A stretch of 64,000 bases of DNA, taken from contig JAXHMY010000007.1 in NCBI GenBank assembly GCA_034520965.1, forward strand, positions 32,001 through 96,000, written 5' to 3'. Shown in pieces: positions 42,102 through 52,136 of this stretch. This stretch comes from Spirochaetia bacterium. Its GTDB lineage: Bacteria; Spirochaetota; Spirochaetia; DSM-16054; Sediminispirochaetaceae. Each line of letters starts with the position of its first letter. Position 1 is the stretch's first letter. The notes under the pieces were generated by a model. The model was not told the DNA's origin and did not search any database. It saw only the letters and a program-made list of their open reading frames with translations. A program made the translations under genes and the position numbers.

Positions 42102-44819
42102 TCAGGATGATTTTTCAACCTTGACCGCACACGCCTTGAACTCCGGTATCTTGGCCACCGGATCCAGGGCCGCAATGGTCAGGGCGTTGGCCGGGTGCTC
42201 CTTAAAGTGAAAGACAAGAAAGACCGTGCCGGGGGCTGTCTTGTCGCCGACCCGGGCAGGAACCGTAACTTCTCCCCGGCGGGATGAGACCTTTACCGGC
42301 TCTCCATCTGCCACTCCAAGCCTTGTCGCATCTTCGGGGTTAAGCTCCAGAACCCCGTGTGGTACCCTGTCGTCAAGGACAACGCTTTTCCGGGTCATGG
42401 TTCCGGTGTGCCAGTGCTCCAGCTGACGGCCCGTTGTCAGCACCAGGGGGTATGCGGTGTCGGCCTGTTCCCGGGGCGGGATATAGGCGGCGGTATGGAA
42501 CTTCCCCAGGCCCCGGGCAAAGGTGCCTTCATGCAGCCAGGGGGTTCCCGGGTGGTCTTCCGTGGGGCAGGGCCACTGGAGGCCAACCTTGTCTATCCGC
42601 TTGTAGGTGATTCCACCGTAGCTCGGGGTAAGGCTCTGGATCTCCTTCATGATCGCTTCCGTATTCCCGTAGGCCATCTCGTAACCCATTCGCAGGGAGA
42701 TTCGGCAGATAATCTCCCAGTCTTCCAGGGCTTCTCCCGGAGGTGTTACGGCCTTCCTGAGGCGCTGGACCCTTCGCTCGGTATTGGTGAATGTTCCTTC
42801 TTTCTCCGCGAAGCTGTAGGCAGGCAGCACTACATCGGCCAGTTCCGCCGTCTCGGTCATGAAGATGTCCTGCACCACGAGAAAGTCGGCCTTTTTAAGG
42901 CTCTCGAGAACGTGGTTTGTATCCGGGTCGCTCAGGGCGGGGTTTTCTCCCATCACATAGAGCCCCCGAACCTTTCCCGACTCCAGGCCGTTCATAATCT
43001 CCACCACCGTCAGTCCGGGTTTATTACTGAGCTTCGTGTTCCAGGCGGTTTCAAATTTCTTCTGCACCTTCGGATCGTCCACCTTCTGGTATCCGTTATA
43101 GACATTGGGAAGGGCACCCATATCGCAGGCCCCCTGAACGTTGTTCTGACCCCGCAGCGGATTGACACCGGCGTTCCTGCGCCCCACATTACCGGTCATC
43201 ATTGCCAGGTTGGCAAGGACAAGAACATTGTCCGTACCGCAGGCGTGCTGGGTAATACCCATGGAGTAGATGATGGCGGCGCTTTCGGCGGTCGCGTACA
43301 TCCGGGCCGCCTTGCGTATTGTTTCGGCCGGCACGGAGGTAATCTTCTCGGCAAGCTCCGGGGTTGCCCCTTCAATCTCGGGGAGAAGATCCTCAAATCC
43401 CTCGGTCCGGGAGGCAATAAAGTCCCGGTCCGCAAGATCCTCCTTAAGAATGACATGCATCATGGCATTTATCAGGGCAACATCGGATCCCGAGCGCTGC
43501 TGCATGTGAATATCCGCGGAACGGGCAATACTGATGCGCCGCGGGTCTGCTACGATCAGTTTACTCTTCCCTGACTGCACGGCCTGACGGATATTTATAC
43601 CTATTATGGGATGACACTCGGTTGTGTTGGAGCCGATGATAAAAATGAGGGGAGTGTCGGATAGTTCGGCTATGCTGTTGGTCATTGCTCCGCTTCCAAA
43701 GGCCTTAGCAAGCCCCGCTACGGTGGAAGAGTGGCAGAGCCGCGCACAGTGGTCGACGTTATTGGTACCTACCGCAGCCCGCACAAACTTCTGCATGACA
43801 AAATTGTCTTCGTTGGTCGTCCTGGCCGAAGAGAAGCCCGCAATGGCATCGGGGCCCGCTTCCTTTTTAATCTTTGACAGACGGGAGGCCACCAGATCCA
43901 GGGCCTCGTCCCATTCCGCTTCCCTGTACGCCCCGTCGCCCCGTTCTCCCGTACGGATAAGGGGCTTGGTGAGTCTGCGGGAATCTCCGACAAAGTCCAT
44001 GCCGAATCGTCCCTTTACACAGAGGTTTCCGTCGTTGGGAACTACCCCGACTTCGCTGGTTACCCTGACAATCTTCCCGGTTTTTTTGTGCACATTCAGA
44101 TCTATCTGACAGCCGACCCCGCAGTAACCGCAGGTAGTGCGGACCCTGTTCATATCCTTAAGCTTGCCGGCGAACTTTGCACTCCGTTCGTAGAGAGCCG
44201 AGGTGGGACAGGTGCTGATGCATTGACTGCAGGTTTCGCAGGTCGATTCCTTTAAGGGAACATCGAAGCCGGTGGTAACCAGCACCTGGCCCGAGCGGTT
44301 ACGAAGGGTAAGGGTTTCGATACCCTGCACTTCCGCGCAGATCGCTACGCAGCGCCCGCAGCGGATGCACTTTGTCGGATCATAGATAAGAGCCTTCTCT
44401 CCGCTGGTATAGTTCCTCGTTTTCACTCTGCTTTCAATATGGGGGATGCGGTTCTCCTGGACCTTGAAGTCGTAGGCATAATCCTGAAGGCGACACTCTC
44501 CATCGGTGTCACAGGTACCGCACTCAAAGCGGTGCTCGCTCAGGATAAGCTCCAGGGTGCGCTTTCTCTGACTATTCAGTTTCGGGGTATCGGTTGCAAC
44601 CCGCATATCCGGTTCCACAATTCTGGTACAGGAGGTCTGCATGCCCCTCTGCCCCTCTATCTCCACAAGGCAGAGCCTGCAGGCACCGATCGGTGCGCAG
44701 CGGGGATCGTAACAGAGGTTTGGAATATCGATACCCGCCTTCCGGGCCGCGTTGAGAAGGGTGGTTCCTTCTGCAACCGTAACCGCTTTATCATCTATAT
44801 AGCATGTGATCTGTTTCAT
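42102..44819 (-). CDS. fdhF: Formate dehydrogenase alpha subunit with N-terminal Fe-S domain; Cys at the active site
   Basis: CGYCGVGC, LCVKGRFG, NNVDHCARLCHSST (TGC, not TGA), PLRGQNNVQGACDMG, LTTGR. Confidence 0.93.
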   Translation of the reverse strand: MKQITCYIDDKAVTVAEGTTLLNAARKAGIDIPNLCYDPRCAPIGACRLCLVEIEGQRGMQTSCTRIVEPDMRVATDTPKLNSQRKRTLELILSEHRFECGTCDTDGECRLQDYAYDFKVQENRIPHIESRVKTRNYTSGEKALIYDPTKCIRCGRCVAICAEVQGIETLTLRNRSGQVLVTTGFDVPLKESTCETCSQCISTCPTSALYERSAKFAGKLKDMNRVRTTCGYCGVGCQIDLNVHKKTGKIVRVTSEVGVVPNDGNLCVKGRFGMDFVGDSRRLTKPLIRTGERGDGAYREAEWDEALDLVASRLSKIKKEAGPDAIAGFSSARTTNEDNFVMQKFVRAAVGTNNVDHCARLCHSSTVAGLAKAFGSGAMTNSIAELSDTPLIFIIGSNTTECHPIIGINIRQAVQSGKSKLIVADPRRISIARSADIHMQQRSGSDVALINAMMHVILKEDLADRDFIASRTEGFEDLLPEIEGATPELAEKITSVPAETIRKAARMYATAESAAIIYSMGITQHACGTDNVLVLANLAMMTGNVGRRNAGVNPLRGQNNVQGACDMGALPNVYNGYQKVDDPKVQKKFETAWNTKLSNKPGLTVVEIMNGLESGKVRGLYVMGENPALSDPDTNHVLESLKKADFLVVQDIFMTETAELADVVLPAYSFAEKEGTFTNTERRVQRLRKAVTPPGEALEDWEIICRISLRMGYEMAYGNTEAIMKEIQSLTPSYGGITYKRIDKVGLQWPCPTEDHPGTPWLHEGTFARGLGKFHTAAYIPPREQADTAYPLVLTTGRQLEHWHTGTMTRKSVVLDDRVPHGVLELNPEDATRLGVADGEPVKVSSRRGEVTVPARVGDKTAPGTVFLVFHFKEHPANALTIAALDPVAKIPEFKACAVKVEKSS

Positions 44820-44833
44820 ATATAATTTCCTCT

Positions 44834-46680
44834 TCAGGATATGGTAATTGCGTCGAAGGGACACACGTCGTAGCAGTTTCCGCAGGTTATACAGATTTCC
44901 TGGCTGATGACATGAGGTACTTTCCGCTCTCCGGAGATTGCATTCACCGGACACGCCTTTTTGCACAATCCGCAGGCCTTGCACTTCTCTTCGATAATGT
45001 CGTAGCGTATCAAACCCTTGCACACCTTTGCCGGACAGGTTTTCTGATGAATGTGCGCTTCGTACTCATCCCGGAAGAATCTCAAGGTGGTAAGCACCGG
45101 GTTCGGCGCCGTCTGTCCAAGTCCGCAGAGGGATCCTGTCTTCACCGTCTTTGCCAGCTCTTCCAGTCTGGATATGTCGGCGGCCTCCCCCTTTCCTTCG
45201 GTTATCCTGTTGAGGATATCCACCATCTGACGGGTTCCCACCCTGCAGGGAACGCATTTTCCGCAGGACTCCTCCTGGGTAAATTCCAGGAAGTAGCGGG
45301 CGACATCGACCATACAGGTGCTCTCGTCCATAACGATGAGCCCCCCGGAACCCATTATCGCCCCGATCTCCTTGACCGATTCGTAATCAATGGCGATATC
45401 AAGGTACTCTTCGGGTACACATCCTCCCGAAGGACCTCCCATCTGGGCGGCTTTGAATTTTTTGTCGCCGGGAATACCTCCGCCGATATCAAAGACGATC
45501 TTCCGCAGGGTGGTTCCCATGGGCACTTCCACCAGGCCGTTATTGTTCACCTTGCCGGCGAGGGCAAAGATCTTTGTTCCCTTGGATCCTTCGGTGCCGA
45601 TGGATGAGTACCACTGTGCTCCGTTCAGCAGGATGGCCGGGACATTGGCCAGGGTTTCAACGTTGTTGATGGTTGTGGGCTTGCCCTTATAGCCGCTTTT
45701 GGCGGGAAAGGGAGGCCGGGATCGCGGCATGCCCCGCTTACCTTCAAGGGAGGCGATAAGGGCAGTCTCCTCACCGCAGACAAAGGCTCCCGCACCTTTC
45801 CTTATTTCAATGGTAAAATCAAAGCCCGTGCCGAGAATGTTTTCACCGAGAAAGCCGGCTTCGGCCGCCTGTTCCAGGGCTTTGGTGCAGTTGCTTACCG
45901 CCAGAGGGTATTCGGCCCGGACGTAGATAATTCCACGGTTTGCCCCGATGGCATATCCGGCAATTGCCATCCCCTCAAGAATGACATGGGGGCTGCCCTC
46001 CAGGAGGCTGCGGTCCATGAATGCTCCCGGATCACCTTCGTCGGCATTGCAGATAAGATATTTTTCTCCTCCCTCTTCCCGGAGACAGAAGTCCCACTTC
46101 ATCCCCGTGGGAAAACCGGCTCCCCCTCTTCCCCGCAGGCCCGAATCCTTGATCTCCTTGACCACACCCTGGGGAGTCATGGTGGAGATGGCTTTGGCAA
46201 GGGCCGCGTAGCCGTCACGGGCAATATATTCTTCAATCCGGACGGGATCCATTTTTCCGTTGTGAAGGAACACGATCCGCTGCTGCCCCGCGTAAAAGGC
46301 AATCTCTTTTTCCAACGATACCTGCTTGTCCGTTGCAGGTTCCGAAAAAGAAGTTCCTCTACAATGCCGTCGCCGGCGACGGAGGTCTCGACAATTCCGG
46401 GAATATCTTCCAGCTTGACTGCGGGATAGAAGAGCCCCGGGGGAGAGATGACCACGATCGGTCCTTTCTCGCAAAACCCGTGGCAGCCGGTGGAGCGTAC
46501 GATTACCTTGCCGGAAAGGCCCAGGCGCTCAATCTCGTCGGTAAAGGCCTCGACCATACCATTTGAGCCGAAAGCCACACAGCCGGTTCCTCCGCAGATG
46601 TTAATCTCCTTGATCCCGCTCTTCTCTGCGCCCTTCAGCTTCTGCTGGTACGTCTCAAGTTCATCTATGCTCTTAATCAT
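44834..46680 (-). CDS. NuoF/HydB-like NADH- and FMN-binding subunit with ferredoxin domains (one frameshift near 46340)
   Basis: [56 protein letters not shown], two C-terminal CxxCxxCxxxCP. Confidence 0.92.
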
Positions 46681-47216
46681 TATTCATCACGCTCCGTTTT
46701 CAGGTTTTTGACCAGTTTACGTGCCTTATCAACATCCATCTTTCCGTGGAAGGTATCGTCCACGACACTTAAGGGTGCAAGAGCGCATGCTCCAAGACAG
46801 CTGACCGTTTCCAGGGTAAAAAGCATATCCTCCGAAGACCCGTCTTCCTTGAGCCCCGTTTCCTGCCTTACCGCATCAATAATCTTGGAAGCACCTTTTA
46901 CATGACATGCGGTTCCCCGGCAGCACTGAATGATGTGCTTTCCCCTGGGTTCGGTGTAAAACTGCGAATAGAAGGTGATAACACCGTGCATTCTGCTTGT
47001 AGGTATTCCCGTCTCCCTGCTTACCCATCCAAGGACCTGTTCGGGAAGGTAGCCATATCCTTCCTGAATCTGCTGAAGAAGGGGAATAAGCAGGTCTTCG
47101 GTCTTCTCTCCCCCTCCGGAAACTCCTGCTTCAGCCTCTTTCTTAAATTCCTGTACAATTTTTTTTGCTATTGCAAGATCCGCTTCCGGAACCTTGGTGT
47201 CGGATTTACTGCTCAT
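46680..47216 (-). CDS. NuoE/HydC-like 2Fe-2S subunit
   Basis: YGYLP, TFYSQF, CRGTACHVKG, CLGACALAP. Confidence 0.92.
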   Translation of the reverse strand: MSSKSDTKVPEADLAIAKKIVQEFKKEAEAGVSGGGEKTEDLLIPLLQQIQEGYGYLPEQVLGWVSRETGIPTSRMHGVITFYSQFYTEPRGKHIIQCCRGTACHVKGASKIIDAVRQETGLKEDGSSEDMLFTLETVSCLGACALAPLSVVDDTFHGKMDVDKARKLVKNLKTERDE

Positions 47217-47553
47217 GATGCCTCCTTTTGCAGTGTGAGAAACCGGTTATGAAATACATATAGTAATAATTGAATGGTAATTGGTTTCCACTTTATCGTC
47301 AATCTGCGGGCCCGCAATAGACCGCTAAAATGACAAAAACAGTCATTATTACAGAAACTCCGGGGTGTGCGTGAAAAGGATAATTTTGCAGATAACCATC
47401 AGTTCCGGCTCTTCGAACATCGGACTGTGTGCCGATTGACGGAAGGTCTATTTCACCTGCCCCATGGGTTTTTATTTCAGCATAATTTGTGTATGTAAGG
47501 GCCCGGTCCTATAATTAGTATAATAGTTTTGAAACTCCTTGAAGGTGACGACT

Positions 47554-47708
47554 ATGACCGGAAAGATACTTCTCGTCGAGAACGAAGCCCCCATTGCCTT
47601 GAATGAAGCCCGGATGCTCAAAAAATTCGGTTATGAGGTAGTTATCGCCTATACGGGTGAAGAAGCGTTGAACATAGCGGAGGAAGAGAGTGAGATATCG
47701 CTTATTCT
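47554..47708 (+). pseudogene. Truncated response-regulator receiver domain
   Basis: KILLVENEAPIAL..GEEAL..ISLIL, cut just before the expected phospho-acceptor Asp. Confidence 0.65.
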
Positions 47709-48157
47709 AATTTCGTGTATGCTATTGATAAACTCCCAGAAATGTTATCAGGAGACGCATTTAAAATTATTTGTTCAGCCCCATTTGCAACAATAAATTT
47801 GAATATTTTTATATTTTCTTTGTTAAATTTTACTGGTAATTCAATTGTTTTGTGTTTATCTAAAAATATCTTATCACCGCGTAATATATACTTTTTTGCG
47901 CCATATGCTGTTCTCGACTGATCATCTATTACCTTGTGTTTCGATCGGGTCCACTGAATATTTGATTTTTGTCTCTTTTATCTAATATATTACTTTCTCT
48001 ATCGAAAAAAATAAATATATTGTTTTCAAAAATTGCAAGCAAATCACAGAGTTCATCACCATCATTTTTAACAGGATTTGGATAACTCCATAATTTAAGA
48101 AATGTATTTTCTGCTAAGCTTGCTAATAGTTTCTCTGAATCTGTTAATCCTTTTGAT
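47709..48157 (-). pseudogene. Fragment of an AT-rich nuclease-like hypothetical gene
   Basis: KSKGLTDSEKLLASLAENTFLKLWSYPNP..ELCDLLAIFENNIFIF; continues with shifts to about 47710. Confidence 0.5.
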
Positions 48158-48340
48158 TTTGGCGACGGGTTTAGTAACATGATTTACCCCTCGAATCCGC
48201 TGTTGCTGATTGCCCTGGGATTTACCGTGGTGAGCTATCCAAAGTGGCTTAAATGGACTCTGCCTATTCAGGGCATGGTATTCGCTTTAACCTTGGTATT
48301 TTTGATGGTGGCGGTGAGCATCGGGTTTGGGCCGTTTTAG
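48158..48340 (+). pseudogene. C-terminal fragment of a YfcC-family transporter
   Basis: Open frame FGDGFSNMIYPSNPLLLIALGFTVVSYPKWLKW...GFGPF*. Confidence 0.7.
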
Positions 48341-48765
48341 GGGGCGCCGATGTGGAGATCTCCGTAAAAGTCTTCGACTATGCGCTGGTGCTCGAAGGCA
48401 AAGGGGAGGGAATGCATCTCTTCGCGGGTAAACCAGCGAAGGTCCTTAACCTCGGCCTCCTGCCGTTTGAGTGAACCTGTGGTATAGGCAATAAAGATAA
48501 GGGCCACCGCATGCCATTTCAGTTCGTCGTAATATTCGGTATAGAAATTAAAAAAATTGTAGTTTATTACCTGCAGGCCGGTTTCTTCATGCACTTCACG
48601 AACCATGGCCTTTTCTACCGGTTCGCCGTAATCTATATGCCCACCCGGGATGCACCAGCGCCCGGCAAAGGGCTCATTATTTCGCTGTTCCAGAAGCAGT
48701 CTGCCATTGCTTTCGATTAATGCCCCCACTGTAGCTTTTACACAATAATGCCGGCTTTCACTCAT
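48337..48765 (-). CDS. NUDIX hydrolase
   Basis: PGGHIDYGEPVEKAMVREVHEETGL. Confidence 0.9.
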   Translation of the reverse strand: MSESRHYCVKATVGALIESNGRLLLEQRNNEPFAGRWCIPGGHIDYGEPVEKAMVREVHEETGLQVINYNFFNFYTEYYDELKWHAVALIFIAYTTGSLKRQEAEVKDLRWFTREEMHSLPFAFEHQRIVEDFYGDLHIGAP

Positions 48766-50045
48766 GCAACTGGTCCTCTCTTTTTTGAAAAATTAAGATA
48801 TTCCTTTTCTTCTACAATCTCTTTTAAGTGCTGGACTGTGTTCCATACTTCAATGTAATTGGTATAAAGCGGTACCGGAGCCAATCTTATTACGTTTGGA
48901 TACCGAAAATCCGGCACAACTCCACGCTGTTTTAAGGCTTCATTTATCCTGAGCGCCTCCGGGTGCTCTACGGCTATATGACCGCCCCTGCGAGCAGCCT
49001 CCCGGGGTGTCCCAATAGAGTACCCGCTTTCCGCTTCCGGGACAAGGGCATCCATCAGGTACATAAGATATTCAGTGAGCTGTAGGGATTTAGTACGAAG
49101 TTTTTCAATTCCCGCAGCCTGGTACAATTTCAGAGAGCCCTCCAGGGGAGCGGCACTTAATAAATGGGGTGTTCCAATATGGAAAGCCCCCGCATCCGGA
49201 GCGGGCTCGAAGCTAAGTTTCATATCGAACTGGCGCTCCTTGTTGTACCCCCACCAGCCGGCCATAGCCGGTTCTGCCGGCAGGTGCCGTTGGTTCACAT
49301 ATAAGCCGGCGGTGCCGCCGGGGCCGTTATTCATGTACTTGTAATTGCACCAGAAGGCAAAATCAACCTCATCTTTGTCAAAAGAATGGGGGACCGCCCC
49401 GATGGAGTGGCTGCAATCGAAGCCGATGGTAATGCCGCGCTCATGGGCAGCCTTGGTCAACTGGTGGATGTCGAGCAGCTGTCCGCTGCGGTAGAGTACC
49501 GACGGAAAGAGTGCCAGTGCAACCCTCTCGTCCATTCCGGCGATGATATCCGCTTCACTAAGAAATCGGCCGTCGGCGCTTTTTACCAAGCGAAGCCGGG
49601 TTTCAGGGTCATGTCCCAGGGACTTGAGAATCGATTTGGCCGCATAGATATCCGAAGGGAAGTTAAGTTCATCCATAAGAATAATAGTGCGTGAGTCTTT
49701 AGGGGCGTAGAGACTGCGGACCAGAGCGTGTAAGTTTACAGTGGTCGAGGCAGTTACGGCCATCTCCGAAGGGGATGCGCCAACCAGGGGTGCCTCCATG
49801 GCGGCCAGTTTTTCACAATAGTTGTACCAAGGAACCTCGGGTTCAAGCCAGCCATTGATTCCCAGCCGCTTCCATTCGTCGATTAAACGGTACACACTTT
49901 CCTCTGCCTCTCGTGAGAGCAGGCCTAGGGAGTTTCCGTCCATATAAATCGTATTCGGCAGTTTATAGAAGTGGTCGCTAAAATGTTTTAAGGTATCCTG
50001 TTGATCGAGCTGTTCAGCACATTCACGGCTAATATCGTATTTCAT
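48762..50045 (-). CDS. kynU: Kynureninase
   Basis: YMDGNSLGL, NFPSDIYA, FDCSHSIG, WCNYKYMNNGPG, RLAPVPLY. Confidence 0.93.
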   Translation of the reverse strand: MKYDISRECAEQLDQQDTLKHFSDHFYKLPNTIYMDGNSLGLLSREAEESVYRLIDEWKRLGINGWLEPEVPWYNYCEKLAAMEAPLVGASPSEMAVTASTTVNLHALVRSLYAPKDSRTIILMDELNFPSDIYAAKSILKSLGHDPETRLRLVKSADGRFLSEADIIAGMDERVALALFPSVLYRSGQLLDIHQLTKAAHERGITIGFDCSHSIGAVPHSFDKDEVDFAFWCNYKYMNNGPGGTAGLYVNQRHLPAEPAMAGWWGYNKERQFDMKLSFEPAPDAGAFHIGTPHLLSAAPLEGSLKLYQAAGIEKLRTKSLQLTEYLMYLMDALVPEAESGYSIGTPREAARRGGHIAVEHPEALRINEALKQRGVVPDFRYPNVIRLAPVPLYTNYIEVWNTVQHLKEIVEEKEYLNFSKKRGPVA

Positions 50046-50098
50046 ATAGATTTGAGTATAGCATTATCAGGGATCCCGTCAACACCTGTCTTCAATAC

Positions 50099-50638
50099 CT
50101 ATTCTAACCCTTTTGGAGGGCCAAGTACTTCAGAAAGCACGATTGCCCGTTGCAGTTCGTTCAATTCTTGGAGCCTTGAAATGGCCGACGAGCTTGGAAG
50201 GGCGGCCCGCTTGGTCCGGGCCGCTGTGGGAGCTATTTCAGTTCTCTGAGAGAGAGCCGCGCCGGAGGTGTTTTTCATACCCTCGATAGGATTAAACTTT
50301 TCACCAAGCTGCTGTGTTGTGTGCTGCTCCGTTGCTCTTTTTGGTTTATGGGTTTGTTTATAAGCCTTATCCTCTTCAGGAGTCTTTCCTTCGCTGAAGG
50401 AGACCTCAGGTTCACTCTCTCGATCTTGTGCGCGCAGACGTTCAAGCTGTGAGAAGAGACCCCGCGAGCTCTTTTTACCGGAGGCCGTTTTACCCCTCAT
50501 TTCCCCCTCCTTTGGAGAGGAGGGGGCTTTACGGTCTTTTTTAGCCTGGGCAAAGGCCATGGCCATGGGAAAGATGATGAACATCAAAAATACAAGAAAG
50601 GTAAACACAGTTGCAATTGCATCGCCAACCTGAGTCAT
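50099..50638 (-). CDS. Hypothetical membrane protein (YqfB-like position)
   Basis: N-terminal TM; C-terminal LQRAIVLSEVLGPPKG. Confidence 0.75.
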   Translation of the reverse strand: MTQVGDAIATVFTFLVFLMFIIFPMAMAFAQAKKDRKAPSSPKEGEMRGKTASGKKSSRGLFSQLERLRAQDRESEPEVSFSEGKTPEEDKAYKQTHKPKRATEQHTTQQLGEKFNPIEGMKNTSGAALSQRTEIAPTAARTKRAALPSSSAISRLQELNELQRAIVLSEVLGPPKGLE

Positions 50639-50649
50639 TTTACCGCTCC

Positions 50650-51651
50650 TTACTGTTCCGGATTGTTGCCGCCTGGTTCTTCACCGCTGATGCTTTCCCT
50701 CATGCTGGTATCGGCCTGCACATTTTTCATCCGGTAGTAATCCATGATACCTAAGTTGCCCTTGCGGAATGCTTCCGAGATAGCTTTGGGTATTTCGGCC
50801 TCCTGCAGTACAACCTTAGCCCGGTTTTCCTGAACCTGAGCAACCATCTCTTGTTCGCGGGCTTGTGCTGCAGCCCGCCGCTGCTCTGCAACCGCTTGAA
50901 ACCGTCGTTTGTCGGCCTCCGCCTGATCGGCCTGCAGTTTAGCTCCGACATTTTCCCCTACATCGATATCTGCAATATCAATGGACAAAATTTCAAAGGC
51001 GGTCCCCGCATCTAGTCCTTTCTGAAGTACCGTGCGGGATATTTGGTCGGGATTCTCGAGTACATCCTTGTAACTCTCGGAGGAACCGATAGTGGTCACT
51101 ATTCCTTCGCCTACACGAGCAATAATAGTCTCTTCTTTTGCACCGCCGACGAGACGTTCAATATTAGCCCGTACAGTTACGCGGGCCTTCGCTCGCAACT
51201 GAATACCGTCTTTGGCGACCGCATCGATGGTGTTGCGGCCCATCTCCGGGTTGGGGCAGTCAATCACTTTTGGATTTACGCTTGTTTTAACCGCGTCTAA
51301 CACATCACGCCCGGCCAGATCGATCGCAGCTGCTTTTTGAAAGACAAGCGGGATACTGGCTTTATTGGCGGCGATTAGCGCTTTGGCCACTCGCAGCACA
51401 TCTCCACCGGCCAAGTAGTGGGTCTCAAGCAGATCACTGTCAATATCAATACCTGCTTTCGTCAGCATAATCCGGCTGTCGACAATTATCTTCAGCTTTA
51501 CCTTGCGAATCCACATCCCGACCAAACGGCCCATTGAAATATGGGCTCCGGAGAGCAGAGCCCGGAACCACAAACTAAAAAACTTAAAAAAGAAGGCGAT
51601 AAAAACCAGTAATACAATACCAATGAGCACATACAATACAATCATTGCCAT
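50650..51651 (-). CDS. floA: Flotillin-like protein FloA (YqfA)
   Basis: [40 protein letters not shown]. Confidence 0.93.
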   Translation of the reverse strand: MAMIVLYVLIGIVLLVFIAFFFKFFSLWFRALLSGAHISMGRLVGMWIRKVKLKIIVDSRIMLTKAGIDIDSDLLETHYLAGGDVLRVAKALIAANKASIPLVFQKAAAIDLAGRDVLDAVKTSVNPKVIDCPNPEMGRNTIDAVAKDGIQLRAKARVTVRANIERLVGGAKEETIIARVGEGIVTTIGSSESYKDVLENPDQISRTVLQKGLDAGTAFEILSIDIADIDVGENVGAKLQADQAEADKRRFQAVAEQRRAAAQAREQEMVAQVQENRAKVVLQEAEIPKAISEAFRKGNLGIMDYYRMKNVQADTSMRESISGEEPGGNNPEQ

Positions 51652-52136
51652 TATGAGTCTCCTTTCCGCACCACGATGCGGTTTCCTTCAGTGTAGCGCA
51701 CCCTAATGGATACCCCTTGTTCTATAAACTCGCCGTCGGTAACGGCACTATAACGATTTCCGTTGATTATGACCGAGCCTGCCGGTCGTAGAGCGGTTTC
51801 TGTGGTGCCGGATGTGCCCTTCAATTCATGGTACTGGTGTTCAGTGTGGCTTGAATAACCGGACTCTGGGGACTGGTTCTTTGATAATATGAGTCGACGT
51901 CCCATGAAGGTTCGGGGAAAGTACTTAAAATAGAGAATAAAAATGCTCGGAATGGCGATAAAGGCGGCAATCATAAACAGAGATCCCGCTAAGTTTCCCT
52001 GGGTTTGAAAGGTACGCACGATGGAAGCAATAATGCTTCCTAAGCCGACCAATCCAATTATCCCGCCGGCGGGAACGAAAAGTTCGATAATCATAGCTGC
52101 GATTCCTAAAATCGCCAGAGCAATTATTGCTATCAT
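51651..52136 (-). CDS. Short NfeD-family protein
   Basis: [10 protein letters not shown] region; TALRPAG OB-fold; GNRIVV. Confidence 0.85.
   Translation of the reverse strand: MIAIIALAILGIAAMIIELFVPAGGIIGLVGLGSIIASIVRTFQTQGNLAGSLFMIAAFIAIPSIFILYFKYFPRTFMGRRLILSKNQSPESGYSSHTEHQYHELKGTSGTTETALRPAGSVIINGNRYSAVTDGEFIEQGVSIRVRYTEGNRIVVRKGDS

Noticed and set aside
42357..43574. 405-aa plus-strand ORF, and similar antisense ORFs over PFOR and HydB
   Set aside because: These are shadow ORFs opposite GC-rich conserved genes and carry no motifs.
43725..43760. Selenocysteine in FdhA
   Set aside because: The active-site codon is TGC (Cys) and the ORF is uninterrupted.
47428..47446. TGTGCC-gattgac-GGAAGG as a fourth WYL site upstream of the FDH operon
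   Set aside because: Only the left half matches; the right half matches 2-3 of 6 bases.
47929..48180. 83-aa ORF starting MLLNPSP as an intact gene
   Set aside because: Its start codon comes from the antisense strand of the yfcC fragment, so it is a junction chimera.
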